Positions 1 through 9,620 are shown, numbered from the stretch's first letter. The stretch is DNA of 39,792 bases from a virus (IMGVR_UViG_3300030095_003597:1-39792), one strand, 5' to 3'. The notes: generated by a model not told the origin, from the letters alone. Numbers and translations are program-made.

Positions 1-306
1 CAACAGATTGTCTGCTGTCAGTTGCTGTAGCTTATCTGAAAAGTCTCTCCAAGCATCTGCCACGAACCCTAGAGCATAAAGCGTTTCCTCAGCATTATAA
101 TTTACCAAGGCTTTAAGTTGGCTCTCATCCGGATAACAAGTATTGCCCTTGGTATTGATAATGCCGTAAAACCTATCTTCATCCCAGGTGTCAATAAAGT
201 TGGGTATCAGAGTATCGGGAAATATGTCCTTATCGTATTTTATCTTCTCGTTGAAAATTTCTCGGGCTGAAGATTGATTGGAGCCGCTTGCATATAAAAC
301 TGCCAT
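1..306 (-). CDS. Hypothetical protein of the baseplate region (partial, runs off the window edge)
   Basis: ATG at 306, 3 nt after the stop of the 842-aa gene. Manual translation MAVLYASGSNQSSAREIFNEKIKY...FVADAWRDFSDKLQQLTADNLL stays open to position 1. Not in the ORF track. Confidence 0.75.
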   Translation of the reverse strand, partial: MAVLYASGSNQSSAREIFNEKIKYDKDIFPDTLIPNFIDTWDEDRFYGIINTKGNTCYPDESQLKALVNYNAEETLYALGFVADAWRDFSDKLQQLTADNLL

Positions 307-309
307 GGT

Positions 310-2838
310 CTACACCTTTGTCCTGCGCTCGAACTTACAATCGATAGTTGTATGGAAACCGCCGTCATCGATGGTATGAGTGGAACGATAAACCCGATAA
401 TAACCACCAAGCATTAATATCTCACTTGCCATTGGTCCTAGAGCAGCCTGAGAGTTGACATATATAAGGTCACCATTTCTGTGAAGAGTATTACCATACA
501 TATCAATACTAACATTTTGAGGCAGAATAAGTGCCTGAGCATATCCCTCCGAGGAAGGGGAGCGTTCAATTACCATTGCTTTGTACTGGGGGACATCCAT
601 CTGCTGGAAGTTAAAGCTTTTAACAATCCCTCTGTCAGCGCCAACCACATAGTGATAGATTCCATCCGTTTCGTCGTCAGTGCGGTCACCTCGACGGCGG
701 GGACCATACTGTATCTGTTTAGAATAGATAACATAGTAATTAAGAAGATTCAAGTTTCTCTTATTCACATCGTCTCTTACATTGCTTCGATACGTTTCCA
801 CATCTTCTTCATTAATTCTTTTCTCTGGCAGAAAAGTCTGGGTTTGATAAAGAGTGTAATCGAAGAAGAGACGGCTATTGGAGTTATTAGTAGTGAAGTT
901 CAACAGCGGGGCTACTAGCCGATGCAAAGTGTCATCTAAAAATCTCCTAAAAGGATAGCTATCTATTTGCTTTGACACTACGTTCTTCGCAAACCAGGAA
1001 ATATAGTAATCAATTGAGATAGGCAAATCATACAAAGACTCAGGATTACTTTGGCTCCAAAGACTTCCATACTTGGGGATGTTCAAGAGGTCAGGAGAGA
1101 AGCTACCCAGCACGAGTTTAACATCGTCACGCATTTGCGCATTCTCCATCGCAGCCTTGATGAGGTCGCCGAGGCGAATATAAAAAATGGGCATTTTTGC
1201 CACGTCCCCTTCAAAGCTCGTGCGAGTGGTGGGGTCGAGCACATTGCTATTTTCTAGGAACTTTTGAAAGCTTTCCGGCTCAAGACCAGCCGTAGAAACT
1301 CTGGCGGCGGCTCCCTGAACTACGTCAAACTTACCTTTACTTTTCGACACAGGACCGCCAAACTCCAATGCGACATCCCACAACTCATCTTTTGCTGTAA
1401 ACTGACCTTTCTTATAGTAAGCGTAGGCTACAAAACACCTTCCACTATCTACTATCTTTTCCATCAAGGTTTTATATCGACTAGCTCTGGCATTTTCCTT
1501 GGCAAGTTTGTAAACATTTTCGGCTGCCTCCGAATACTGCTTGAAAGTTTTATAATCCGAAGTCTCGCTCAGCTTTTGCCCAGACTCAGAATTAAGTATC
1601 TTATAGTATTCTAAAGTTTCTGACAAGTATTCAATCTCAGCCCTAATTCCATTTAAGGTAAATTTGTAATGGGTGGGCTTATCGGCATCCCCTTGAATGA
1701 CTGACTCGGGACTCTCATTGTTCAAGACTCCTAAGATATAACCATCTGAAAATAGCTTATCTTTCTCTATATTTCCCGCCTGCACAGCAATAGGGATATT
1801 ATTTATCCCGTCCTCTTCATTAAAGGAGCCCAATACATCTGACTTATTGTTAGCAATATAGCGGTCGGTTGAGCCTTTGTAGTTCAAGGTGAGAGTAGTA
1901 GGACCCTCCTGGGTAAAGTCTACATTGTAGTGAGTAAGGTTCAAGGAAATCATTCGGTTAGTGGATGCCACTCCCCGCAGGAAGCTCTCCATTTGAGCAT
2001 TGTCGTTATCAAATAGTTTACGGAGTTCACGGCGATTACCTTTCGGTACTGACCAGCCTACCATAACCTTGAGGGTGCGGAAGTCATCTTTATTTTTCAA
2101 TACCTCTGGGTCTTTCCCCTTCTTCAGTTTGGGAGTGGTCCCTTCTTGAAGTAATTTCTTGCGCTCCTCAAGTTCTTCTGTTTTTTGGGTCAGGCGGTCC
2201 TGAAGGGACTGGTTCTTTTTGCTTGCCTCCAGCCCTTGTGCAAGGGTGCTCTTTCGTCCATTAGTAAACAAAAATTGCAAGTAGTTAATATTTACTAATT
2301 CTACAAGACTACCAAAATAGAGGACCATCGTGGCATCAATAATATAATCACCTTCGTGCTTATTGTTATAATTCCAAGTAAAGGACTTTATACCTACCTG
2401 TGCCCCTATTTGGCTTCGAGGCTTAAGCACTGATTCTAAGGTTTTAGCTCGGCGTAATGAGGCAAGCTTAAGAAGGCGCTCCTCGGTTGTATGGTCACTG
2501 AAATATATCTCATCTTCGTTACCTTGTTTGTCTACGATAAAGAATCTCAACAAAGGTTCAAGGATAGAAAGTTGAGCAGGGGTAGCATTTATAAACTCAC
2601 TAGCCCGTGGAGGGTTGCACATTTTACTGACCAATGAGCCTGGGGGTCCACTATATGGAATCAAGGCGGAGTTAGTATTAAACACAACCGCATTGTATGG
2701 CTCTTCGGGGCGGTTAACAGAAGATTTGGTTATAACCTCCTTAAGATTGTTGATAAGAATACGCTGCGTATTTTCATTTCTGATTGCAGCCTTCACACCC
2801 TTTCCTGTAACGGGGGGTGCTTTATCTTGTGTCGCCAA
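310..2838 (-). CDS. Large baseplate hub-like structural protein
   Basis: 842 aa, TTG start with AGGAG. C-terminal 'IDMYGNTL..GDLIYV...GGYYRVYRSTHTI...FHTTIDC' resembles the end of contractile-tail hub (gp27/gpD-like) proteins. Follows the LysM-like and tube-initiator genes. Confidence 0.55.
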   Translation of the reverse strand: MATQDKAPPVTGKGVKAAIRNENTQRILINNLKEVITKSSVNRPEEPYNAVVFNTNSALIPYSGPPGSLVSKMCNPPRASEFINATPAQLSILEPLLRFFIVDKQGNEDEIYFSDHTTEERLLKLASLRRAKTLESVLKPRSQIGAQVGIKSFTWNYNNKHEGDYIIDATMVLYFGSLVELVNINYLQFLFTNGRKSTLAQGLEASKKNQSLQDRLTQKTEELEERKKLLQEGTTPKLKKGKDPEVLKNKDDFRTLKVMVGWSVPKGNRRELRKLFDNDNAQMESFLRGVASTNRMISLNLTHYNVDFTQEGPTTLTLNYKGSTDRYIANNKSDVLGSFNEEDGINNIPIAVQAGNIEKDKLFSDGYILGVLNNESPESVIQGDADKPTHYKFTLNGIRAEIEYLSETLEYYKILNSESGQKLSETSDYKTFKQYSEAAENVYKLAKENARASRYKTLMEKIVDSGRCFVAYAYYKKGQFTAKDELWDVALEFGGPVSKSKGKFDVVQGAAARVSTAGLEPESFQKFLENSNVLDPTTRTSFEGDVAKMPIFYIRLGDLIKAAMENAQMRDDVKLVLGSFSPDLLNIPKYGSLWSQSNPESLYDLPISIDYYISWFAKNVVSKQIDSYPFRRFLDDTLHRLVAPLLNFTTNNSNSRLFFDYTLYQTQTFLPEKRINEEDVETYRSNVRDDVNKRNLNLLNYYVIYSKQIQYGPRRRGDRTDDETDGIYHYVVGADRGIVKSFNFQQMDVPQYKAMVIERSPSSEGYAQALILPQNVSIDMYGNTLHRNGDLIYVNSQAALGPMASEILMLGGYYRVYRSTHTIDDGGFHTTIDCKFERRTKV

Positions 2839-2853
2839 AACTAATCTCCTAAA

Positions 2854-3192
2854 TTAAAAATATGCTAATACATCTGACAATGGCAGCGGTATATAATAAG
2901 TATCCCCTATATTAAAATGTGCCTCGGTAGGCTTCTTATTGTACCAGGCTATTACCCACCAGTATTCTGGGGAGCCATAATATTCAGCAGCTATATTATA
3001 AAGCTTCTCAGACGACCCCCAGACACGAGAAATATTCTGAAAAGATGCTATATCCTCGTTGTCAGGGTATTCGAATGAATAAGTTGAATACTGAAAAGTT
3101 TGTGAAATACCTCTCTTTTCAAACAGGGTGTTCCGATAATTCGGGTCATTGTTTTTAAAAATCGTAGTATTAGTATATCGTGAATATGCCAT
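2854..3192 (-). CDS. Baseplate wedge / LysM-like tail protein (gp53 / tail X-like)
   Basis: 'EKLYNIAAEYYGSPEYWWVIAWYN...GDTYYIP' is the characteristic LysM-like baseplate motif. Confidence 0.75.
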   Translation of the reverse strand: MAYSRYTNTTIFKNNDPNYRNTLFEKRGISQTFQYSTYSFEYPDNEDIASFQNISRVWGSSEKLYNIAAEYYGSPEYWWVIAWYNKKPTEAHFNIGDTYYIPLPLSDVLAYF

Positions 3193-3201
3193 TTGCTTCT
3201 C

Positions 3202-4083
3202 CTAGAATTTTCTTCTTTTTGCGCCCTTTGCCCAATCCGGTCGCTTAGGTCTAAATTGAGGTTTTGTGTAGGTTGTAGTTAGGTTCCCTGTCTTCAGATT
3301 AGCAGTTTGTCGAACGTTAATGGCACCAGCAGGAATTGCCGCCGAGGGATTATTAGGTAGCCCAGTGCGTGCCACCTGCTGGTCAATAACCTTTTCAGTA
3401 AAAAACTCTGTCTTGAATGTACGCTGGTCGCCTGGGGATGTTGACCCATATGGGAAAGTATTATAACTAACTCGCTTGTCAGAATTTTCGAACTTTACAG
3501 TAGTCACATTAAAATTTTCACCTTTGTACTTTTGGGGGCTTGAATACTCCTCTATACTATATCCAAACTTATTTTCATGAAGAACAGTAAGCTCACAATT
3601 AAGTCGGTAAGACTTCGGGTAATACTTTTCCCCATCCGAGGTCTCAGTAAAAACTCCGTTGTCCATCATAGGGTCAAAAGTTATACCGTGCAACCAACCA
3701 AGCAAGCCATCACCATTTATATTTTGAACTAAGTTTCCAAACTTTATTCTTACCAAGGGTGACTGGTTTATAAGGGTTGCCCCTCCTGCGCCCTGGTCAT
3801 AAAGAGGATATAGAAAGCTAATCATCTGATTAATCTTTCCAAGATTTTCTTGTGCTTCCTCAAAAGAATTAGCCGGAACTGCCCAGGCTAATGCCAAGGC
3901 TCGCTCAGTATTACGAAAGGTAGCGATAGAATCCATACGCCCGAAGACGCTCTCTTCGTTCCAATTACTCTGGAATGCATCACTAAATGTATCTAAAAAC
4001 GCAGCAAAAGATACCTGAAATCCAGTTGCTACATGGGTAATGACTATTTGATTGTTGTTTACTAAGTCTGGTACCAAGCTCAT
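3202..4083 (-). CDS. Tail tube initiator / baseplate-tube junction protein (paralog 2)
   Basis: 'FSDAFQSNW...GRMDSIATFRNTER...FLYPLY...PLVRIKFGN'; sits between tape measure and LysM-like gene. Confidence 0.6.
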   Translation of the reverse strand: MSLVPDLVNNNQIVITHVATGFQVSFAAFLDTFSDAFQSNWNEESVFGRMDSIATFRNTERALALAWAVPANSFEEAQENLGKINQMISFLYPLYDQGAGGATLINQSPLVRIKFGNLVQNINGDGLLGWLHGITFDPMMDNGVFTETSDGEKYYPKSYRLNCELTVLHENKFGYSIEEYSSPQKYKGENFNVTTVKFENSDKRVSYNTFPYGSTSPGDQRTFKTEFFTEKVIDQQVARTGLPNNPSAAIPAGAINVRQTANLKTGNLTTTYTKPQFRPKRPDWAKGAKRRKF

Positions 4084-4085
4084 CT

Positions 4086-4907
4086 TTAGAACCTCTGCCC
4101 ATTGTTGCCGTTAGTTGCAAATGCTGCATTGGAGCCAGGAGGTCCGCCCACTACACACTGGGGACTGTTTGGGTCTTGGTCGCAAGGTGAACGAACAATT
4201 TGCTCTTCTTCAATCTGACTGGCAGGCTTTGGCGTGGAGTAAGGAAAGTTTCCAAAGTTTAACTTAGTGTCGTTAAATGTGTAGGTCTTAACCACTTGCT
4301 GCTGTGCTCCAACATTAGAGGAAAGCCTAGGGAGGGTCTTGGTTACTCTTTCGGAAAATGAGAAACCTAGCGAGTGTTCGTGCAAAACTTTGAACTCAAA
4401 ATTGAGGCGATAGGACTTGGGGTAGTATTTTCCATCTTTATCTATGAACATCCCCAGTTCTAAATCAGGGTCAAACGTAAACCCATTGACATGTCCCAGT
4501 AAACCCCGGCTTGGATTGGCGGCATCTTGCATCCAGTTTCCAAACTTTATTCTAAAGTAGGGACCCATGTTGATGACACTTATTCCCGTGCTCGTGTCGG
4601 CAATATCATATGTGGGATATAGAAAATTCAACAAGGTGTTAAGTTTAGTGAGGTTTTCTTTTGCGCTCTCAATAGAATCAGCCGGCACATTCCAAGCGAC
4701 AGACATAGCCCGTTTAGTGTTAGAAAATGTTGATATTGGGTCCATACGACCATAGGGTGTCGAAGTTGCCCAGTTTGACATATATGCATCGCTAAAGTCC
4801 GCTATAAATGCAGGGAAAGACAAGGTTTCTCCTGTCGCTATATAAGTAAACTCTAGCTTGTGGCGCTTGCTCAACTCTCCGGTACCAGTGTACTTCTGAA
4901 TCTTCAC
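4086..4907 (-). CDS. Tail tube initiator / baseplate-tube junction protein (paralog 1)
   Basis: GTG start. 'FSDAYMSNW...GRMDPISTFSNTKR...FLYPTY...PYFRIKFGN'; clear paralog of 3202..4083. Confidence 0.6.
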   Translation of the reverse strand: MKIQKYTGTGELSKRHKLEFTYIATGETLSFPAFIADFSDAYMSNWATSTPYGRMDPISTFSNTKRAMSVAWNVPADSIESAKENLTKLNTLLNFLYPTYDIADTSTGISVINMGPYFRIKFGNWMQDAANPSRGLLGHVNGFTFDPDLELGMFIDKDGKYYPKSYRLNFEFKVLHEHSLGFSFSERVTKTLPRLSSNVGAQQQVVKTYTFNDTKLNFGNFPYSTPKPASQIEEEQIVRSPCDQDPNSPQCVVGGPPGSNAAFATNGNNGQRF

Positions 4908-4920
4908 TATGTTGCCCCCC

Positions 4921-7485
4921 CTACGTCGTCTTGAAGGTCAGTTCAATTTCACGCTGAACTGCTTGGGTGAACTTACCGCCAAGCTTCGGACCCAGGTCTA
5001 CTGTAATAGGTACGTTGACAATGGCTTTCTGGGCTTGTCCGCTGGTAGTACGCATACCCTCTTGAACGCCCTTACTTACAATTTTCTTCAAATCACTTAC
5101 TAGCATAGCTTCAGTACGCACACCGGGAATCACCGGGACACCCTGTGGCTTTGCTATTTCCATTCTGCCGCCATCCTGGGTCATCAGGGGCTTTGACACA
5201 ATTCCAGAATTGCCGGTGGCGGCAGATTCAAAAGGGTTACCAAAGATTTGGTCGCCGAGAGCCGCTCCACCCAAGCCGCCCACCATAGCAGCAGCCGGTG
5301 CTGCTGCGAAACCAGCACCCATTGTACCCAGACCTGAAGCTCCTACCGCTGCGCCGGCTGCCATGGAGCCTCCAGCGGACAAAGCGACTCTAGCCAGGGC
5401 TTCTGGGTAGCTCATACCCATTCCTTGTGTATAGAGAGCCAATTCTGCTCCTGCACCAAGAAAGCCCATACCTCGGGCACCGGCTAGTGCGCCACGGGCA
5501 GCATTGGCACCTCTACCGGCTTTCATTAGTGTGGCTGCTGCTTTTGCCTCCTTAGCCGTCTTGCCGGCGGCTCGAAGCTCCTTATATTTCTTCATATTCA
5601 TTATGGAACCACCGCCAAGGCTGGTGGCGCTCGATAGCCCTACTAACTTTGATGCTCCTGGTATTTTTCGGATTGCCCGACCTAAGCCGCCGCCTCCGCC
5701 GCCTCCGCTGCCTCCGCTGCTCCCTCCGCCGCCGAACATAGAAGCGCCCATTAGCCCCATAGTGCCCAGACCGAGTAACGAACTTAATCGACCGCCGCCA
5801 CCTCGGGGTCCTCTTCCACCGCCTCCGCCGCCGCCAAAACCGCCTCGGCTTGTCATACTAAGACGGGAGGATGCTGCGGCTGCACGATTAGTGGAGGCTG
5901 CTAGCATATTCATCTGCACAACTGATTGCTGAATTAAGCGGGGTAAGAATATCAAACCCTTCATTACACTGATTGCGCCAACAAAGGCTACCTTCAATAT
6001 CAGCATACCGCCTACCAGACTGACAGTGCTGTTTCCCTCAATCATATTAGCTATTTTTTCAAACATACCCAATATAACACTTAACGGCTTCTCTACCATT
6101 AGGAATACTTTTTCTGTGATGGCTCCAAACTTCTCTTGAAGGGTATTCATCTTCTGGGCACGTTCAGCCGCCTCTAACTGTTCCCTTTGATATTTCTGTA
6201 GTTCAACAGGGTCACCGAATAATCGGGATGCTGTTTGGACGTCCACTCCCATTATCTCTGCAACCATTTGCTTTTGGCGTTTATGCATGTCGTTGAAGTT
6301 TAGACCTCGGGCTTGAAACTCTTGCCGCATCAGGTCTATTCTTTCAACGCCCTCTGCTCTCATAAGCTCCATTGAGTTGAGTTGCATTCCGAACTGGGCG
6401 TTTAGCTTGCCTGCTAGGTCAGATGCTCCCTCAAAGGTATCACCCAATTCTGAGATGTTGAACATATCACTGGTTGACATACCTAGTGAGCGTGCTCGCC
6501 TTTCTAAGTTTCTAAATACTTCATCTCCTCGTTTGCCAAAACGAGCTAGTTCAGGTGCCAGTTGATTAAAGTCTTTGACTATCTGCCCTGTGGGTACACC
6601 TATCTCCTGAGACAATCTCTCGAAAGATAGTACCGTAGAGTTTGCAGCCTCGACACTCATTCCCATCCCTCGGGTAAGAAGGTCAAATGAGGCAGCGGTC
6701 TCACCTGCCTCTACTCCCAACTTAAGGAACAGGGCTGCGGTATCTCCCACCATTCGTCGAGTGGAATCACCTTCTGCTGCGAAAAGACTGAACTGGGTAG
6801 TTAAGCTTCCGACTATCTGCCCGCTTTCAGCCAATGTTGTGTAAAGACCATCACTTGCCTGCGCAAGGCTTACCATATCTCCACGGAAAGCTCGGGTGTA
6901 TCCAGTCGTCTTGGCTAATTCAACAGAGGCTTTATCTAGGGAAGTTATCATCCCAATAAGGCTAGAGGTCACTCCCTTGACAGTCATAATGCTGTCGAGT
7001 TGAACTCCTGTCAGTTGCTCGGTAGAAGACTTAAGGAACTCTTGTGCCTTACGAGTACCTTCTATCTGTTTTTTCTTTGCAAGGTAGGCTTTCTCTTCCT
7101 TGCCCATAACGGCGATAAGAGAATTAAGTTCTTCCTGCTCCTCTCGCATAAGAGGAAGACCTTTTTCCTTGTTCTTGATTTGCTTTTCTTCAAGTTCCGT
7201 TACTCGCTTGAGTACTTCAATCCGAGTAAGCTCTCGCTCAATACCATTCTTGGCTTGTACTTTTATCTTCTCTTGTAATTTAAACGTAGACTGAGAACGT
7301 AAGTACGCCTCTTCTTCTAAGTCATTGAGTGCCTTGCGGGCATTGGCTTCTGCTAGAAGTGTTTTGAGCAAGCTTTGTTGTTGCTCGTTGTTCTTCTTTG
7401 TCTCTTCTGTGTTTCGCTTGGTAGACTCAGTACTTTCGTTAGTCTCTTCAGGTGAGATAGGTTTGTTGTCGTCGCCGTTTGCCAC
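4921..7485 (-). CDS. Tape measure protein
   Basis: 854 aa with helical/coiled-coil character, hydrophobic segments and a Gly/Ala-rich C-terminal third; canonical position between tail chaperones and baseplate genes. Confidence 0.8.
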   Translation of the reverse strand: MANGDDNKPISPEETNESTESTKRNTEETKKNNEQQQSLLKTLLAEANARKALNDLEEEAYLRSQSTFKLQEKIKVQAKNGIERELTRIEVLKRVTELEEKQIKNKEKGLPLMREEQEELNSLIAVMGKEEKAYLAKKKQIEGTRKAQEFLKSSTEQLTGVQLDSIMTVKGVTSSLIGMITSLDKASVELAKTTGYTRAFRGDMVSLAQASDGLYTTLAESGQIVGSLTTQFSLFAAEGDSTRRMVGDTAALFLKLGVEAGETAASFDLLTRGMGMSVEAANSTVLSFERLSQEIGVPTGQIVKDFNQLAPELARFGKRGDEVFRNLERRARSLGMSTSDMFNISELGDTFEGASDLAGKLNAQFGMQLNSMELMRAEGVERIDLMRQEFQARGLNFNDMHKRQKQMVAEIMGVDVQTASRLFGDPVELQKYQREQLEAAERAQKMNTLQEKFGAITEKVFLMVEKPLSVILGMFEKIANMIEGNSTVSLVGGMLILKVAFVGAISVMKGLIFLPRLIQQSVVQMNMLAASTNRAAAASSRLSMTSRGGFGGGGGGGRGPRGGGGRLSSLLGLGTMGLMGASMFGGGGSSGGSGGGGGGGLGRAIRKIPGASKLVGLSSATSLGGGSIMNMKKYKELRAAGKTAKEAKAAATLMKAGRGANAARGALAGARGMGFLGAGAELALYTQGMGMSYPEALARVALSAGGSMAAGAAVGASGLGTMGAGFAAAPAAAMVGGLGGAALGDQIFGNPFESAATGNSGIVSKPLMTQDGGRMEIAKPQGVPVIPGVRTEAMLVSDLKKIVSKGVQEGMRTTSGQAQKAIVNVPITVDLGPKLGGKFTQAVQREIELTFKTT

Positions 7486-7491
7486 TTGTTA

Positions 7492-7824
7492 TTATCCCTT
7501 CCTGATAGGCCAGTTAATGCCCGCCTCTCTTTCAAACCTGCGAATAGCCACATCTAGCTTAGACTTTTGTCGGTAAGTCATAGGGTCGTCAAGACCATAC
7601 TTCTTGATAAATTCCATATAGCGTTTTTCGTTTACTAGCGCATCAGTAAATCGTTCAATTTCTATTCTGTTGCCCCGGACTCGCACTGGAATACGGCGAC
7701 CCTTAAACATCTTAGAAAGAAGATACTCTATCCACGCTGCAAATACATGGAGAATATTTTCATTGAGTTGCTTCTTTACTTCACCCAAGTCTAATACTTT
7801 GTTATCAAAATCTTCATTCTTCAC
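7492..7824 (-). CDS. Hypothetical protein
   Basis: 110 aa, GTG start with AGGGGG upstream; fills the gap between chaperone and tape measure genes. Confidence 0.75.
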   Translation of the reverse strand: MKNEDFDNKVLDLGEVKKQLNENILHVFAAWIEYLLSKMFKGRRIPVRVRGNRIEIERFTDALVNEKRYMEFIKKYGLDDPMTYRQKSKLDVAIRRFEREAGINWPIRKG

Positions 7825-7862
7825 GAAAAAGCCCCCTGTTGGAGCGCACCTCTGCGCCTTAA

Positions 7863-7870
7863 TAAGTAGT
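7863..7870 (-). promoter_or_regulatory. Putative late promoter variant (ACTACTTA)
   Basis: One mismatch to the recurring ACTATTTA; intergenic, about 39 nt upstream of the 7824 start. Confidence 0.45.
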
Positions 7871-7885
7871 TAAAGAAATAATTTA

Positions 7886-8071
7886 TTACTTAAAGCGATG
7901 AGTGTGCCCCTTAGACTGGCGCTGCGAATCTTCCATCGCTTTGTTCTCATCTTCTTTTTGTTTGACTATACGCTCTAAAAACCATCTTCGGACTTGAATA
8001 GGAAGGTTATATGTCTCAAAGAAACTCCACCCGCCATAGTACTTCATTTGGAAGCACTCTTCATAAATCAT
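7886..8071 (-). CDS. Tail assembly chaperone second ORF (probably the frameshifted extension of 8085..8954)
   Basis: 'YGGWSFFETYNLPIQVRRWFLERI'. The frame opens just upstream of a T7 run at the end of the upstream gene; no clear Shine-Dalgarno before the ATG. Confidence 0.65.
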   Translation of the reverse strand: MIYEECFQMKYYGGWSFFETYNLPIQVRRWFLERIVKQKEDENKAMEDSQRQSKGHTHRFK

Positions 8072-8084
8072 CTCTTTGTACTGT

Positions 8085-8954
8085 TCATCCAGGCCAAAAA
8101 AAGTCCAAATTCAGCGGAACCTCCATGTCCGCTGAGTAGTTGCAATTAGTGCACTCGAAAGTTTGGGTTAAGTCAATGTTGGGGACTATCGAAGAATATA
8201 CTACTCGGAGGTGCCGGGCATCCCTTGCCGGCATTTGATTCGCAAAACTTAATAAAGAGAGGGGGTTAGAATCGCCGTTGATAGAAACTGCGATAGAACG
8301 GAACCAATCGGTAGTAGGAGAAGATTCAATTTTCTTTTTAGCTTTTCGGTCAGCTTCCTTAAGAAGAGCAATCTCATCTTTGCCCGTCAACAGTTTACAC
8401 TCTACTGTAACTTGGGTCATTGGCAAGCCTATCAAAAAAGTGCTGTTAGCAGTTTGTTCAACCTTGTGATACTCTATTGAGCTTTCAAACGGAGTCACCT
8501 TTGGTTCGCTAATATCAAATTCAAATACGTCCGTCTCATTACAGGAGGGGCAAGTAACCTTTGTTTGATAATTGTCGCCATACCCAGTAGCCCGAGCAGC
8601 AACCAATAACGCATTTTTGTCGCCAACCAACATCTCTGAAAGGTCGATAGACTTGTCTACGAAAAGATTCTGAAGCATCCTGTCCAGTGCTATTCCCTCC
8701 TTGAGAAGGGCACGAGACGTGAGGATGTCTTCCTCCTTGGCTGTCATATATTTAATTTCTATTTGTTCCACGCCGGACAAAGGGTGACCGTTAGGGTAAA
8801 ACCTTCCTTGGCTAGGCAATTTTACAAACTCTGTTGGGATAGACCAACTAAAGCCTTCGCCGCCTTGGGGCGAAACAGCAGAAACCGGAGCCGCAGGTGC
8901 ATCATCAATGCCTACGGTCTCCGGTATCCCTGTACGGTTGTCATTTCTACTCAT
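8085..8954 (-). CDS. Tail / baseplate hub assembly chaperone (T4 gp26-like)
   Basis: 'FVKLPSQGRFYP...IKYMTAKEEDIL', two CxxC pairs (CPSC, CTNC), ends 'LDFFWPG'; directly after the tail tube gene. Confidence 0.75.
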   Translation of the reverse strand: MSRNDNRTGIPETVGIDDAPAAPVSAVSPQGGEGFSWSIPTEFVKLPSQGRFYPNGHPLSGVEQIEIKYMTAKEEDILTSRALLKEGIALDRMLQNLFVDKSIDLSEMLVGDKNALLVAARATGYGDNYQTKVTCPSCNETDVFEFDISEPKVTPFESSIEYHKVEQTANSTFLIGLPMTQVTVECKLLTGKDEIALLKEADRKAKKKIESSPTTDWFRSIAVSINGDSNPLSLLSFANQMPARDARHLRVVYSSIVPNIDLTQTFECTNCNYSADMEVPLNLDFFWPG

Positions 8955-8982
8955 CTATGTAACCTTTCTATAAAGCATCGCT

Positions 8983-9011
8983 ATGATACTTCATATTTTT
9001 TATAACGTTAA
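8983..9011 (-). promoter_or_regulatory. Putative sigma70-like promoter (TTAACG-17 nt-TATCAT)
   Basis: Intergenic, 17-nt spacer; same architecture as 36310..36338. Confidence 0.4.
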
Positions 9012-9015
9012 GACC

Positions 9016-9579
9016 CTAACCTTTGGAGGCGGCTGTTTGGGTCCGTCCCTTGTCTTGTGTCTGGGTAAGTTCAGCCCAATCAAAGGTGATTTCGACGGTG
9101 ACTTCATTCATCTCATCACTCGAATAATCTAATTGCCCACCAAAGTCCACAGAGGTAATGAACGGATTCACTAAGCGCCATGTTTCAATCGGGGTTCCTA
9201 AATCATCAATTTGTTTAATGAACACATCACCCATTGCATCGTGAATAGCCTTCTTCGACAGACTCTTTTCTGAGACCTCAGAGGTAGTGGGATACTTATA
9301 TCCGCCTTTGCCGAGAACGTTCAAGAACTGCCACGACAAGTCTGGGTCTACCGGGTCCACGAGGGTTACCGTAATAGGGTCCCAAGTGACTCGCCCTGGG
9401 TACTTGAATATATGGTCCATAAACTGATGCTCGATAGTAGATACAGTAGCTTTCGGCTTGGCTGCCGTCTTTACTGTCCACAGCGGTATCTCATTTTGTA
9501 GACCCTTGTTAGAAAAACCAAGCGTAAATCGATAGCGCCGTTTAGGTTCTGTTTTTACATCACTCCAAAATAAAGCCAT
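9016..9579 (-). CDS. gp19: Tail tube protein (gp19-like)
   Basis: 'EPKRRYRF...KYPGRVTWDPITVTLVDPVDP...ETWRLVNPFITSVDFG.LDYSSDE'; immediately downstream of the sheath; AAGGAG RBS. Confidence 0.85.
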   Translation of the reverse strand: MALFWSDVKTEPKRRYRFTLGFSNKGLQNEIPLWTVKTAAKPKATVSTIEHQFMDHIFKYPGRVTWDPITVTLVDPVDPDLSWQFLNVLGKGGYKYPTTSEVSEKSLSKKAIHDAMGDVFIKQIDDLGTPIETWRLVNPFITSVDFGGQLDYSSDEMNEVTVEITFDWAELTQTQDKGRTQTAASKG

Positions 9580-9600
9580 TATTCTGTGTACTCCTTGTAA

Positions 9601-9608
9601 TAATTAGT
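9601..9608 (-). promoter_or_regulatory. Putative late promoter variant (ACTAATTA)
   Basis: Intergenic, about 22 nt upstream of the tube ATG; one mismatch to ACTATTTA. Confidence 0.5.
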
Positions 9609-9620
9609 TCTTCCAACGAT

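Noticed and set aside
5690-5850. GC-rich ccgccg repeats in the tape measure gene
   Set aside because: They simply encode poly-Gly linkers; the antisense poly-Pro ORF is a by-product.
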